In this document: positions 25,456-37,700 of the stretch, piece after piece
How the letters are laid out: the number at the start of each line of letters is the position of its first letter
How positions within the stretch are numbered: position 1 is the first letter of the stretch
NCBI GenBank assembly: GCA_028534125.1
Contig: CM052817.1
Span: forward strand, 22,694,001 to 22,758,000
Direction: 5' to 3'
Origin: Lama glama
Taxonomy: Eukaryota
DNA: 64,000 bases
Position numbers and translations under genes: made by a program
Notes under the pieces: model-generated
What the model was told of the DNA's origin: nothing
The model's input: the letters and a program-made list of their open reading frames with translations, nothing else
Database searches by the model: none

Positions 25456-26834
25456 TGAAGTGATGAATTGTGATTCCTTTAGAAAGCCATCCAAAAATAT
25501 TACTTCTTTCAAAAGTCTTCCCAGATGTCTTATCTGACACTGTGTTCACGGGAATACTCATGAACCAAGCAGATGAGGTGCACCACTATCAGATGCTCAC
25601 TAACTACATAGCCATAGGCTTTACCAGGTGGGCAGCTACGTCGTAATCAGACTTAAATCTGTCTATGGAATTTGAGCAGCTCACTAGCCCATGAGTGTGG
25701 CTAGAAACCATTTTTTGTCTACAGGTTGATGGTGCATATAAAAGAATAACTGAAAAAAAAATAAAGAAATGTGTATACTGGTAGAAAGTAATAAAGACTA
25801 GGATGCAAAGTAGGGTCCTTATTTATACTCCAGGTACAAACAACAATGTGTTGTGACAGAGAAAGTGTTATGATATTTACATATGTGTGTGTGTGTTTAT
25901 TTGCTAACAAGGAAATTAAGGTTTAATAATACTCGGAATTTTGTCAATAACATGAATTACCAGATGTGAGTGAACCTAAGGGAAGAGTAGAGCGTGTGTA
26001 GCATGCTGTCACCTTTCCTTTTCCTTAGTATGTTGAGATTCATGGCCATTGCCAAATTAAGCTGAAACAAAACAAACAAGCAAGGAAATAAAAACCACTT
26101 CACTATGGACGAGAAACACAAAAAAAAGAATCCCAAAATTTTGGATCAAGGATACTTCTAGTTATATACAAACACATGAGTGAAAGAATAGAAAACAGCA
26201 AAGCTGACGCTTCTTATACATCTGATAAAAGCCTGCTATCCACCAAGTCACAAAGTAAATCTTAATTGAGTCAGATCTGATGGGAAATGGGCTACAATTT
26301 TCAAAATATTAAGAAATGTAATTTTTAAGTTTCTCTTGTAGCTAATACATAAGGTAGAAACAATTTTTACACAAATAAATATACATCTGTTGGAGTGGAA
26401 ACAACAATATGTTACTGATTTGGATGTATAATCACATAATTGTGAGGACACTAGTGTACATGCTAACATGGGTGATTAGCTCTGCACAGAGGCCAGTGTC
26501 ATAGAGCATGGTTTACGAACTGGGACCTGAAGAATGGGGACGGATGCACGGGTTCAAGGTGAGCTGTCTGACTGAGGGTATGATATGCAGAGGCAGAAAC
26601 TGAATCTTGTAGAGAAGGGTATGAGGTGCTTAGGCAGGCACGGCAGAACAGATTGCATGAATATTTATTCTTTGATCCAAAGATCATATATCTTCCTATT
26701 GTTATCATGAGTTCATTTGTCATCCTCTCCTCAAAAGCTGCTAGAACAGAATGATTGAGATGGAATCAAAAACTTTAGAGGTAGAAGAGTTCAAAATGTT
26801 CATTGAAGAGAATGGTTTTCAAACAATTTTCTTG

Positions 26835-26950
26835 TTTTTAAGGGCTTTATGGAGATATAATTCACAAACGTGAAGTGTACAATTTAATTTTTTTGGTATT
26901 CTCCCAGTCATGTGCAACCATATTTACAATTTTAGAACACTTTCATCACT
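26835..26950 (-). mobile_element. L1MB/MC 3' end fragment
   Basis: gctttatggagatataattcaca...aagtgtacaatt...tgtgcaacca...ttttagaacactttcatcact. Confidence 0.75.
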
Positions 26951-27976
26951 GATTGTTTTCAGTAGAGATATTTCTTTGGAAGAAGTGAAGGCCCAACTTG
27001 TAAAATGCAGAAGAGAGACTCTGGTTTCTGTTCCCAGGTAAGGAACTTGGAACTCACCACTTTGTCCTAATAATAAGTAACAAGCTGAACAGACCAAAAA
27101 AGCAACAGCTCTACCTGAATTTGTAAGAGAGGGGAGGATACAAACCACTGGCTACAAGATTGGGAAGACAGGCAAACAGAGAACAGTTCACCTGAGCGGA
27201 AGCAGACTCAGAAGCAGAAACAGCCGGGGAACCAGGACAAAGGCGGAAAACCCTAGACTGTTACTGCCTTCTTGCTGGAGGCTCTATATGGACAAATTTG
27301 AGAGTCAAAACCTCCAGAGGCACCCAGTAATAGGGCATTCCCACAATTCTGTAAGATTATGTTCAGGATCTGAACTAGGTTCCCACAGTAAATACTGAAG
27401 AAAACTTCCCTCATTCTTTCAGCAGAGGGAGGGGAAAGAAACTTTTAAAAGAAGCCAGAGCACTCTGTTCTTGGCAAGGCCTGACCGCAGGAGAAACCGG
27501 TTAGCAAGAGCCGTATCTGCTAAGGTATTATCAGAGCCTAACTGACCTGAGGGAAGAAAACTACCCAACGCCAGCCAGCTCTAGCCATCTTGTCTACCCA
27601 AGTGGGGAGGAAAAAAGAACCTGAGAAACATGCGTGAAGTTCACAGTCCAGAAGCACAAGCTCACTGAAGGACTGAGACCTAATCACAGCACTACAGAAT
27701 GCTTCTCCTCTGCCCACTTCTCACCACATTACAAAAATCCCATTTACAACAGTCTTTTTACCCAGTACATCATGTTTGGCTATCAAGATAAAAATCACAG
27801 AGTACAGTACACCTCGTTTTATTGGGCTTTGATTTATTGTGCTTTGTAGACGCTGTGTTTTTCACAAATTGAAGGTTTGTGACATCCCTGCCTCTAGCAA
27901 GTCCATTGGTGCCATTTTTCTAACAATATTTGTTCACTCTGTGTTTCTCTGTCACATTTTGATAGTTCTTGCAATA

Positions 27977-28294
27977 AGGCTTACCTCAGAGATATTGTGG
28001 GTTTGGTGTCAGACCACCCCAAGAAAGTGAACATCACAATAAAGCCAGGGACTTGAATTTTTTGGTTTCCCAGTGCATATAAAAATTATGTTTACATTGT
28101 GCTATAATTTATTAAGTGTGTAAAATTGCGTTATGTCTTTAAAATGTACATACATGAATTAAAAAATAATGCTGTTAGAAAAATGGAGCCAATAGACTTG
28201 CTAGACTCAGGATTGCCACAAACCTTCATTTTGTAAAAAACATAGTATCTGTGAAGCACAATAAAGCAAAACACAATAAAACAAGCTATACTTG
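27977..28294 (-). mobile_element. Tigger1-derived non-autonomous MITE (Tigger1a-like), nested and inverted
   Basis: Made only of the reverse-complemented right and left Tigger1 ends; TA duplication at 27975-27976 and 28295-28296; host rejoins as gcaata|tttcaaa. Confidence 0.9.
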
Positions 28295-28526
28295 TATTTC
28301 AAAATTTCATTATTTGTTATTGTGACCTCTTTTCAGTGATCCTTCATATTACTATTATAATTGATTTGAGGTACCATGAACCTCGCCACTGCAAACTTAA
28401 TCCATAAGCGTGTGTGTTTTGACTGCTTCACTGACCAGCCATTCTCTCATCTCTTTCCCTCTCCTCTGACCTCCCTATTCCCTGAGATACAACGATATTG
28501 AAATTAGGCCAATTAATAGCTCTACA

Positions 28527-30202
28527 ATGGCCTTAAGTGTTCATGTGAGGGGAAGAGCTGCATGTCTCTCATTTTAAATCAAAAACTAGAAATGATTAAG
28601 CTAGTGAGGAAGGTGTGTTGAAAGTCCAGAGAGACCAAAAGCTGAGCCTCTTGTGCCAAACAGCTAGCCAAGTTCTGAATGCAAATAAAAAGTTTTTGAA
28701 GGAAATTAAAAGTGCTACTCCAATGAACACTTGAATGGCAAGAAAGTGAAGCAGCCCTATTGCTGATGTGGAGAAAGTTCTAGTGGTCTGGATAGAAGAT
28801 CAAACCAGCCACAACATCCCCTTAAGCCAAAACCTAGTCCAAGCAAAGGCCTCTCTCCAATTCTGTGAAGGCTGAGAGAGGTGAGAAAGCGGTGGAAGAA
28901 AATGTTGAAGCTAGCAGAGGTTGGTTTGTGAGGTTTAAGGAAAGAAGCCACCTCCATAACATCAGAGTGCAAGGTGAAGCAGCAAGTGCTAATGTAGCAA
29001 CTGCAAGTTATCCAGAAGATCTAGCTCAGATAATTAATGAAGGTGGCTACACTAAACAATAGATTTTCACTGTAGGAAAGAAAAAGTTTTATATTAGAAG
29101 AAGATGCCATCTCAGACTTTCATAGCTAGGGAGGAGAAGCCAAAGTCTGGCTTCAAAGCTTTTAAGGACAGGCTAACTCTCTTGTTAACAGCTAATGTAG
29201 CTGGTAACTTGAAGTTCAAGCCACTGTTCATTTACCATACTGAAAATCTTAGAGCCCTTTGGAATTACACTAAATTGACTGTCTGTGCTCTATCAATAAG
29301 ACAACAAAGCCTGGATGACAGCACATCTGTTTACAACATAGTTAATTGAATATTTTAAGCCCATTGTTGAGACCTGCTACTTTGTAAAAAAGATTCCTTT
29401 CAAAATATTACTGCTCATTGACAATGCACCTTGTCACCCAAGGGCACTTGTAGAGATATACAATGAGATTAATGTTATTTTCATGCCTGCCAATATAACA
29501 TACATCTGTGGCCCATGGATGAAGGAGTCATTTTTACTTTCAAGTCATTATTTAAGAAACACATTTCATAAGGCTATAGGTGCCATAGACAGTGATTCCT
29601 TTGATGGATCTGGGAAAAGTCAATCAAAATCCTTCTGGAAATGATTCACCATTCTTACATGCCATTAAGAACATTTGTGATTCATGGGAAGAAGTCAAAA
29701 TATCAGCATTAACAGGAGTTTGGAAGAAGTTGATTCCAAACCTCATGAATGACTTTGAGAGGTTCAAGTCTTCAGTGAAGTAAGTAACTGCAGATGTGGT
29801 AGAAATAGCAAGAGAACTAGAATTAGAAGTGGAGCCTGAAGGTGGAACTGAATTGCTGCAGTCTCATGATAAACTTAAGCAGATGAGGTTTTGCTTATGA
29901 ACGAGCAAAGAAAGTTTCTTGGGATGGAATCTACTACTGGCAAAGATGCTCTGAGGATTGTCAAAATGACAACAAAGGATTTGGAATATTATATAAACTT
30001 AGTTGGTAAAGCAGTAGTAGAGTTTGAGAAGACTGATTCCAATTTTGAAACTTATACTGTGGGTAAAACCTTGACAAATAGCATTGTGTGCTACATAGAA
30101 ATCATTCATGAAAGGAAGAGTCAAATGATGTGGCAAACTTCATTGCTGTCTTATTTAGGAAATTGTCACAGCCACCCCTGCCTCCAGCAACTACCATCCT
30201 GA
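28527..30202 (+). pseudogene. Tigger1 pogo-family DDE transposase pseudogene
   Basis: ATG at 28527; ORF fragments [16 protein letters not shown] and [26 protein letters not shown] near 29410; many frameshifts and stops. Confidence 0.92.
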
Positions 30203-31593
30203 TCAGTCAGCAGCCATCAACATGGAGGCAAGACCCTCTACTAGCAAAAAGATTATAACTTGCTGCAGGCTCAGATAATGGTTAGTACTTTTTAGCAATA
30301 AGTACTTTTTAAAATTTAAGGTCTATTTTTTTAGACATTTTGCACATTTTAATAGACTATTGTACAGTTAAACGTAACATTTGTATGCATGAGAAAACCA
30401 AGAAATTCATGTGACTTTCTTTATCATGGTATTTGCTTTACTATGGTAGTCTGGAATAGAATCTGTGATATCTCCAAGGTACACCTATAAAAGGCAAAAA
30501 ATACAATTTGAAGACACAGAAAAATCAGCAAAACCAGTCATGGCAGGGAAATTGGAATTATCAGATCAGGATTTAAAACACTATGATTAATATGCTAAGC
30601 ATTCTACTGGATAAAGTAGACAGCATGTCAGAACAGATGGGCAATGTGAGCAGAGAGATGATACTCCCAGGAAAAAAACAAAAGAAATGCAAGAGATCAA
30701 AAACACTATAACAGAAATGAAGAACACCTTTGATGGATTAATGGAGGTTGGAAACAGCTAAGGAAAGAATTTCCGAGCTAGAGGATACATCAGTAGAATC
30801 CTCAAAAATTAAAAAGCAGACAGAACAGACTCTAAAAAGTAGAAGAGAATATCCCAGGACAGTGGGCCACTACACAAGGTATAACGTATGTGTAATGCAA
30901 ATACTAGAAAGAGAAGAGAGAAAGGAACAGAAAAAATACTTGAAACAATAATAACTGAGAATTCCCACAAATTATGTTACATACCTCAGCATAGGTCCAG
31001 GAGGCTCAGAAAACACCAAGCAGGATAAATGCCAAAAAAAGAAAGTGGGTAACAGGTTGTGCTTTAATTGGAGACAGTGTAGGGTGTCCAAATGAGCACT
31101 TCCTCCCTGAGCAACGTCACTTCCTGTGGCAGCTGACTGGGCTGTGAAAATTCCCCAAGTAGCTCCAGAACTGAGCTTCAAAAATAACTTATATATTGCC
31201 AATTCCTCCGCTTACAGTTATAAAACTGGAAACTTCATCTATTAAATCATGTGTCTAAATTCTCCAAATTAATTGGAGAACTGGGCCTAGGCACACAAAT
31301 CCTTCCTTAGGTAAACTCATATTACATGACTGTTTATAGAAGATGCCATGTCTTAGCTAATAACCAAACAGATATGGTATTACTGATATGACCACGGTAT
31401 TACACACTTAAATATTCTTAGTAAAATAACATGAGCCAATGCAGTGGATCAAGAAGCCTTATTATAACTGGATTAGTTTTAAGTAATAAATTAAATTTCA
31501 TGACTTTTTAAAGTTGTTTGATTTTACATTTTCTGATTTCATTAGAGTAGCATCTGACATTAATATGAGTCTACATAATGCATTTAAATACCT

Positions 31594-31717
31594 TTGAAAA
31601 TTTTATTTTTAATAGTCAAGTCGTTCATAATAAATATATATATATTGAAAATTTTATTTTTAATAGTCAAGTCCTTCATAATAAATATAAATAATAGTCA
31701 AGTCCTTCATAACAAAT
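31594..31717. repeat. Local tandem duplication (51-bp period, two copies plus a partial third)
   Basis: ttgaaaattttatttttaatagtcaagtc(g/c)ttcataataaatata at 31594 and 31645; taatagtcaagtccttcataa again at 31692. Confidence 0.95.
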
Positions 31718-33359
31718 CATTTGTTAAATGAAACAGTCTGACTTATTACTGTTTAACCGATCTTGTTAAAGAATTTTTTTCTTCTTAAACACACATACAG
31801 AAACTAATTATTTTTAACATTTTTTTCTGCAAAATAGATATTTGGAGGTAAATATCTGGCATAGTTTGCTTGTCATTGTTGCTTCATTTGATCACTTTTC
31901 CATGTAAATAAGATAGGCTGATAAACAATAATTATTAGGGTCTGAGAAATCATAAATTAGATAATACTTATTATACTTCTTAAGAGCCTGGAAAAAAAGT
32001 TTTTAGTATGATAGCACACTGTGAGTCTGATAGCTTTCCAACTATAATCAAAATGTTGTTCATGATGGTGGGAAAATAAATATCTCTAAGATTAAATGTA
32101 TTTAAATATGAAATTGTTAGAGGAAACCTAGACCTTTATGATTCCTGAAAATGACATTTTTATAATATAATCTGGAGTACTTTTCAAATTTAGAAACTTT
32201 TTCAAACAAATGATATTAAAAACTTAAATAGCAAAAATGCAATTAGATAAAATTATATTAATTAAAAAATAAAGTATATATCTGTATATAATTATAATAT
32301 TAATTTAAGTTAAAATATATTTTATAAAGATGTGTATACATGTTTATGTTATATGGTAATGTATATGATATAGGTATATTAATATATAATATATAAAAAG
32401 CACTGATGTATACCTAAAATAATAAAAATAAAATCCCACATTTTAAATCTTTAAGATGAAACCAAGTATTAGCAGATTCTTAGAAATTTGCATAAAAAAT
32501 TTAAACCAAACAGAAAACCATCTGTGGCTAATTTTTACCTGGCTCTACATTTACAAGCAAATTACAAAACACTGGTTTAGAAAAAAAAATTTTTTAATCA
32601 ATTTTATTAGTGAGGCTTGATATTTTCACATAGTATAAACATCACTCATCTTTATGTATGGCCAAAATTAATTGTAATATTCTCATCGAAATTTATAAAT
32701 GGCTCAATTCTCTTTAACCTTTGACTTAATATAATTCCATTATTATTTGCTTTTAGAAGTGACCAATTTTAAGTTATAAAATTAAATCATTAAAAAACTT
32801 CATGGAAAATCACACTTTGTTACAGTCCAAAGACAATAATCAATCATTCATTCAAGTAAAAAACTGCAAATAATAAGATCAAGAAAATCAATCATATTTA
32901 TATTTTACAATATCTGATACCAGTTAAAAATGAAGCTAACAAAAATAATAAAGGAAATAAGCATATATTTTATCCATAATTAAGACTAAGGAAGGTAACT
33001 CAACACAGAGGATTTTTGCTGCCTTGTGTAGTCACTGCAGAGTTTCCTGGGGTTGGTATAATGAATAAAATACTAATGCCCCAAAATAAGAACAAATGCA
33101 GAAAGTTTATGATAGGTCAAATCTTTCTCATGCATAATTAAAACTGCTGTAGATGGATATTAGTTGTTAAAAATAACATTTAATTATTTTAATGTGAAAG
33201 AAATTGAACACAGAGCAATATCTTGCAGCATATTAGAAACACATTTGCAACAGAAGTAGAAATGTAATGCTGAAAATAATTGGTTCTAAAATATTAATTT
33301 CCTTTTCTTGTTTCCCTTTCTTAGAGAATCAAAAAGCCCAAATACAGTAAAACATAATA

Positions 33360-33790
33360 AAAACATTTAATATTTCCTGAGGTTCTATTATGTGATAAGC
33401 ACCATTCTTTAAGGTGTGTATATTTGATCTCATTTTAATTATCATGACGTAGGTCAGGGGTTAACGAAATGCTACCTGGGGACCAATCCAGTCTGCCACC
33501 TGTTTTTGTAAGCAGAGTTTTGTTGGATCTCCACATTGGCCATTAATTTGTACTTTCTATGATTGTTTTCATGCTAAGATGGCAGAGTTGAGCAGTTGCA
33601 AATGACCATGTGCCCAGTAAATCCTAAAATATTTATCATCTGGCCATTTACAAAAATAGTTTGGCAGCCATTGATGTCACTAAGATGATTTTATTTTTCA
33701 ATGAAACTTAATATCAGAATGGAAGACACAAACTGTAAACCCTGAACTCAGAGAAGAAACCCAATTTTGTTTGACTCCAGGTGATTATGT
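33360..33790 (-). mobile_element. MIR, split by MER58A
   Basis: ttctattatgtgataagcaccattct...atctcattttaatt on the left; aaacccaattttgtttgactccag on the right. Confidence 0.5.
33455..33673 (+). mobile_element. MER58A hAT-Charlie MITE
   Basis: caggggtt...ccacctgtttttgtaa...ggcagagttgagcagttgc...cctaaaatatttatcatctggccatttacaaaaatagtttg. Confidence 0.85.
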
Positions 33791-34059
33791 TCCTTATATT
33801 ACACAATACAGAAGAAGTTTAGAAAATGAACTGCACAAGGATAGGATAGTGTGGATCTTTTTTTATTAGCTGTTCATGCATAAATGTTTTGGGGTTTTAT
33901 TTGGATGAAGCTAAAAACAAAGTTTATATAATCATACTCCGAATATATAGAATAATAGAATCCAGCCCACAGGCTTTACTCTATATACTTATCTGCCTCA
34001 GACAGTTAGACCATTACCTTTAATTTTTAGTACCCCATTCATTTGTTCTTCCTTCCTCC

Positions 34060-35120
34060 TATTAATAGGAGCGTCCCTTTTACAATTTAAAGTTATTTCA
34101 TTGACTCTACTTTGGGTCCCATTTCTCCTGAAACTCCCAAGTCCTTCCTCTGTTTATTAGTCTCTCTCTTCATAGACAATTCTTTGAAGAAAAAAAAGCC
34201 CTCATTACTTTGTCTATTTTTTCACCTTTATTCCTCAACCCATTGTGGTCTACCATCTGTTTCACTCAATCCACTGAAACAGCTGTGGTCAAGGTCAGTA
34301 AGAATATCCCTGCAGCTGAGGTCATTAGGCACTTTTCAGTCCTTACCTAATTTGTTTATATCCTACACTATCAGATACTCCATCAATATTGAAACTCTAT
34401 TCCCTTGTTTTGTGAAGTCACTCTCTCATTGCCCTTCCCTATTTTTCAAACAGTTGCTCTTATTCTCCTTTGAGATTATCTTTTTCCAGATTCATCCCAC
34501 CCATGTTAGTGTTCTCAATATTCCGTAATTAAAATTTGTCTTTCCCTTCCCACCCTCTGCCCCTCCTTGGCAACAGGATTTCAAAATTGTAGAACAGATA
34601 AACAAGATTATACTATATAGCACAGGGAAATATACACAAGACCTTGGTAGCTCACAGAGAAAACAATGTGACAATGAATATATATAATGTACATGTATAA
34701 CTGAAAAATTGTGCTCTACAGTGGAATTTGACACAACATTGTAAAATGATTTTAAATCAATAAAAAATGTTAAAAAATTTGTCTTTTCATTCTGTGTATT
34801 TTCCGTGGGTAATCATGAGAAATACTTTATTTTTATTGATTATTATTGCTTATCATGTCTTTAATTAATATCAATATGATTAATATGTGTATATTTTGGT
34901 CCATATTTTCTCCTAAACTCCAGAATTATATATCAAACCTCATCTGCCATGAATTCACTTCCTATCCTAAGGCATCTCAAAATTAATATGTTCCAGTCCA
35001 ATGCCATTATGTCCCCTGTTAAACGCATCTTTTTTACCCCATATGCTGTGTTCTCTATCATGGTAAAATGGCATTTTCCTCTACTCTGACTCAAGACAGG
35101 CAGATATTCAAAAAATACAC
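34060..35120 (+). mobile_element. L2 ORF2 fragment
   Basis: ccactgaaacagctgtggtcaaggtca and cctaaggcatctcaaaattaatatgttc. Confidence 0.65.
34544..34773 (+). mobile_element. Young L1 3' end (camelid-type) with 5' inversion
   Basis: 13-bp TSD aaaatttgtcttt at 34531-34543 and 34774-34786; 34544-34574 is the inverted G-rich L1 3'UTR; 34575-34773 is sense 3'UTR. Confidence 0.9.
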
Positions 35121-35639
35121 TCAAGGCTGTATAAAATTATAACACTAGACTATTAATTAAAATGGGAAATACAGGCATCAAACAGATTTGCATGGTCATG
35201 TTTGCTGATTAATGCTTTTGCCTTAAGGTAAATTAAAATGAAAAAAAAATCAAAATTCAAAAGTTGTTTGGAAGCATAAATTGATAGCTAAGTTAATTTA
35301 CTTCAGGTCCTCGTGCCACTGGACAAAACAAAGGTGTGGATGAATAGTTGTTCAAAGTAATTCAAATATCAAAGAAAAAGTATCTGTTAAATTAAGTTCC
35401 ACAGTGACAATTAAATGTTCTGTAGTTATTTCATTTAATATAGTTTATAACAATGGTATGAGAAATGCTCAAAATTCAGTAAAATGAAGTTTCAAGATAG
35501 CATCTGTATGATAATCTCATACATGTTACACTTTATATCTCTCTATAGGAAAAGGCAGATATAGACACAGAGATTATAATACAGATACAGATAAATGCAC
35601 AGAGATACACCTGACTACTTTTTACAGGTATAATCACAT

Positions 35640-35870
35640 GTTAATAGAAGGCAGCACTGCCTAACAGAGTCACTAATATCCTACTTTTCATATTCTGATC
35701 AATTCACTCAAGAAAGTTATTCAAGCATTCATTTTCTTGATTTCTACAGAGGTGTATCACTACTGATACCCTGATAGGGTGGTGGTGACAATTTGTTTAA
35801 AAAATCAGATATGCAGACTCTGGTATATTGTCCAATATACGATAGGAACTCAGACACTGAAGCTGGTCAT
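35640..35870 (+). mobile_element. MIR fragment
   Basis: cattttcttgatttctacag...ccctgatagggtggtggtgacaattt. Confidence 0.45.
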
Positions 35871-35993
35871 TGTAACAGTTAATATTTCTAAATGATGGGA
35901 ACATAAATATGACTAGGACAATAAAATTGTTTTATTGTTTAACCACTTAATGTGGTTAGAGTTGACAAACAATAAAGTAAACAAAAATGTACA

Positions 35994-36142
35994 GTGGTGG
36001 GAGGGTAGAGTGTGTGCTTAGCTTACACAAGGTCCTGGTTCAATCCCCAGTACTGCCATTGAGAAACAGATAAATAAATAAGCAAATAAATAAGTAAATA
36101 AACAAACTTCAGTATCCCCTCCCCCAAAAAAGAAATGATTTT
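35994..36142 (+). mobile_element. tRNA-derived SINE, vic-1 type, A box deleted
   Basis: ggtagagtgtgtgcttagcttacacaaggtcctggttcaatccccagtac; TSD aaaaatgtaca (35983-35993) / aaaagtgtaca (36143-36153). Confidence 0.85.
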
Positions 36143-36199
36143 AAAAGTGTACAACTTCAGGTAGTGATAAAATACAGCAGGCTTGGAAAGTTTGTGGAG

Positions 36200-37040
36200 T
36201 CTGTGAAAGAACTTAAGATGGGGCAAGCAGTGATGGCTTCTCTGAAGGGCTGACTTTGGGCTGAGAGCTAAGAGAGACTGGGGAGAAAGCCACCTGAAGG
36301 TGGGGGAGCATGCCAGCAGTGGGCAGCAACGGCAAAGGCCCTCAGATACGAGGGGCTGGACAGCAGCTGTGGCTGGAACATGGTAAAGGCAGGCGGTCAG
36401 AGACGTAGGCAGGAAACACAGCTCTATGAATATTATCATAAGTCTGTATGGCCAGGGCTTTCTGAGCAAAGAGCACTGGCATCTGGGTTAAAGTATGACA
36501 GAACAACAGCCCTAAAGACAGAGGTCTCCAAAATGATGTTAAGTTTTCCCTCTCATGAGTCATATGTGTACTTTTCAGGGAGCGATGTTTCACTCTTTCT
36601 CCAGAGTAGCTTTGTTTACAAGTGCAAAGTATCTCTTCCTCTCTCTGGACGGGTGGAGGGATGGATGTGTCAGCTTCTGGTTTTGTAATTTTGGGATTCC
36701 TCTCCTGTGGTGCAAACCCTATGGACATATACAGGTGACACCATATCCTCACATCATCCTGCAGGGAATCCCAGCATAGGAGGCTGGGGTTAAGGAAACC
36801 TTGTATTTCCCAGCTACCTCCCTACATGTGTACGCACTAACATACATACATAAAGACAGCAGAGGAACCACATCCCTTTGTATCTCACTGGAAAGGTATT
36901 TGGTTTTTATTTCAGAGGAGACATTAATGGTTACTTTAGCTAAGGTGGTAGGTGTGGAGATTTTGATAAGAAGTGAGAATAGGAGTGGAATTGAATGTAA
37001 AGTTGATGAAAAGATATTAAGAACTATTACAGCATAGGCC
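36200..37040 (-). mobile_element. L2 fragments
   Basis: ggcttctctgaagggctgactttgggctgag...cagcaacggcaaaggccctcag and cattaatggttacttt. Confidence 0.55.
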
Positions 37041-37049
37041 AAAACTGGG

Positions 37050-37700
37050 CTCCCTACTTCCTTTCTTCCCCATCTAGAGTTTGTCAGAGAGGAGCCTGAG
37101 AATGCTCTTTAAAACCATAATTCAAATCATATCACTTTTCTACTCAAAATCATTCAATGGCTTCCTTTCTCACCCACAGTGAAATCCAAAGCCATGACCT
37201 CTCCCCACACCTTCAGCCCACCCCACCACCAGCATCTCTCTGCCCCCACTTTCCACCCTGGTGTCCCTCCAGCCCCAGTGGCCTCCTTCATTTTCCTCTG
37301 CCTGGTGAGGCACACTCTTGCCTCAAGCCTCTGCACCCTCATGTCTGTCTGGAAAGTTCTTACCTCAGGTATCCCTACGACTTACTCTCTCACCACAAAT
37401 AGGCCATGTTCAAGTACTGCCTCAGCAAACGGGCCTTACCTGTTGAAAGTGGTAAGAACCACTGTCAAAATCACATCCCACTCAATCAACATTAACCTTT
37501 TATCACTTTTTAAAAACTTTTTTTTATCATTTTTATTAGCACCAGCCATATTTTAGGTATTTATGTGTCTGTTTGTATGTTTCCTTTTTTCCACTGGAAT
37601 ATAAATGTATGACTACAGAGATTTATGTTTTCATTGCTGAATTCTCAAGATTTAGGATAGCCCCTTCTACAAAGTAGGCTTTCTAATGAATGAATAAAAA
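37050..37700 (+). mobile_element. L2a 3' end
   Basis: aaatcatatcacttttctactcaaaatcattcaatggcttcc...ccactggaatataaatg...aatgaatgaata. Confidence 0.75.

Larger units (their letters stand above)
27805..30487 (+). mobile_element. Near-full-length Tigger1 (TcMar/pogo) DNA transposon
   Basis: Termini cagtacacctcgttttattg and atatctccaaggtacaccta; TA target duplication at 27803-27804 and 30488-30489; about 2.36 kb excluding the nested MITE. Confidence 0.95.
27015..31045 (+). mobile_element. L1MC/MD-type 5'UTR and ORF1, split by Tigger1
   Basis: L1 sequence rejoins across the TA (aaaatcacagagta|taaaaggcaaaaaatac); ORF 30748-30951 (ETAKERISELED) is L1 ORF1 coiled-coil-like. Confidence 0.8.

Noticed and set aside
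26500..26620. Plus-strand donor aag|gtgagc in a GC-richer patch
   Set aside because: Probably decayed MIR-like sequence; no acceptor or ORF support.
28527..30202. Domesticated TIGD1-like transposase gene
   Set aside because: The ORF is broken by many stops and frameshifts and lies within intact transposon termini.
32230..32440. Very AT-rich tract
   Set aside because: Low-complexity sequence with no defined structure or periodicity.
36023..37556. Cluster of overlapping 100-148 aa ORFs
   Set aside because: They overlie GC-richer L2 and SINE fragments where stop codons are rarer; no protein-like features.
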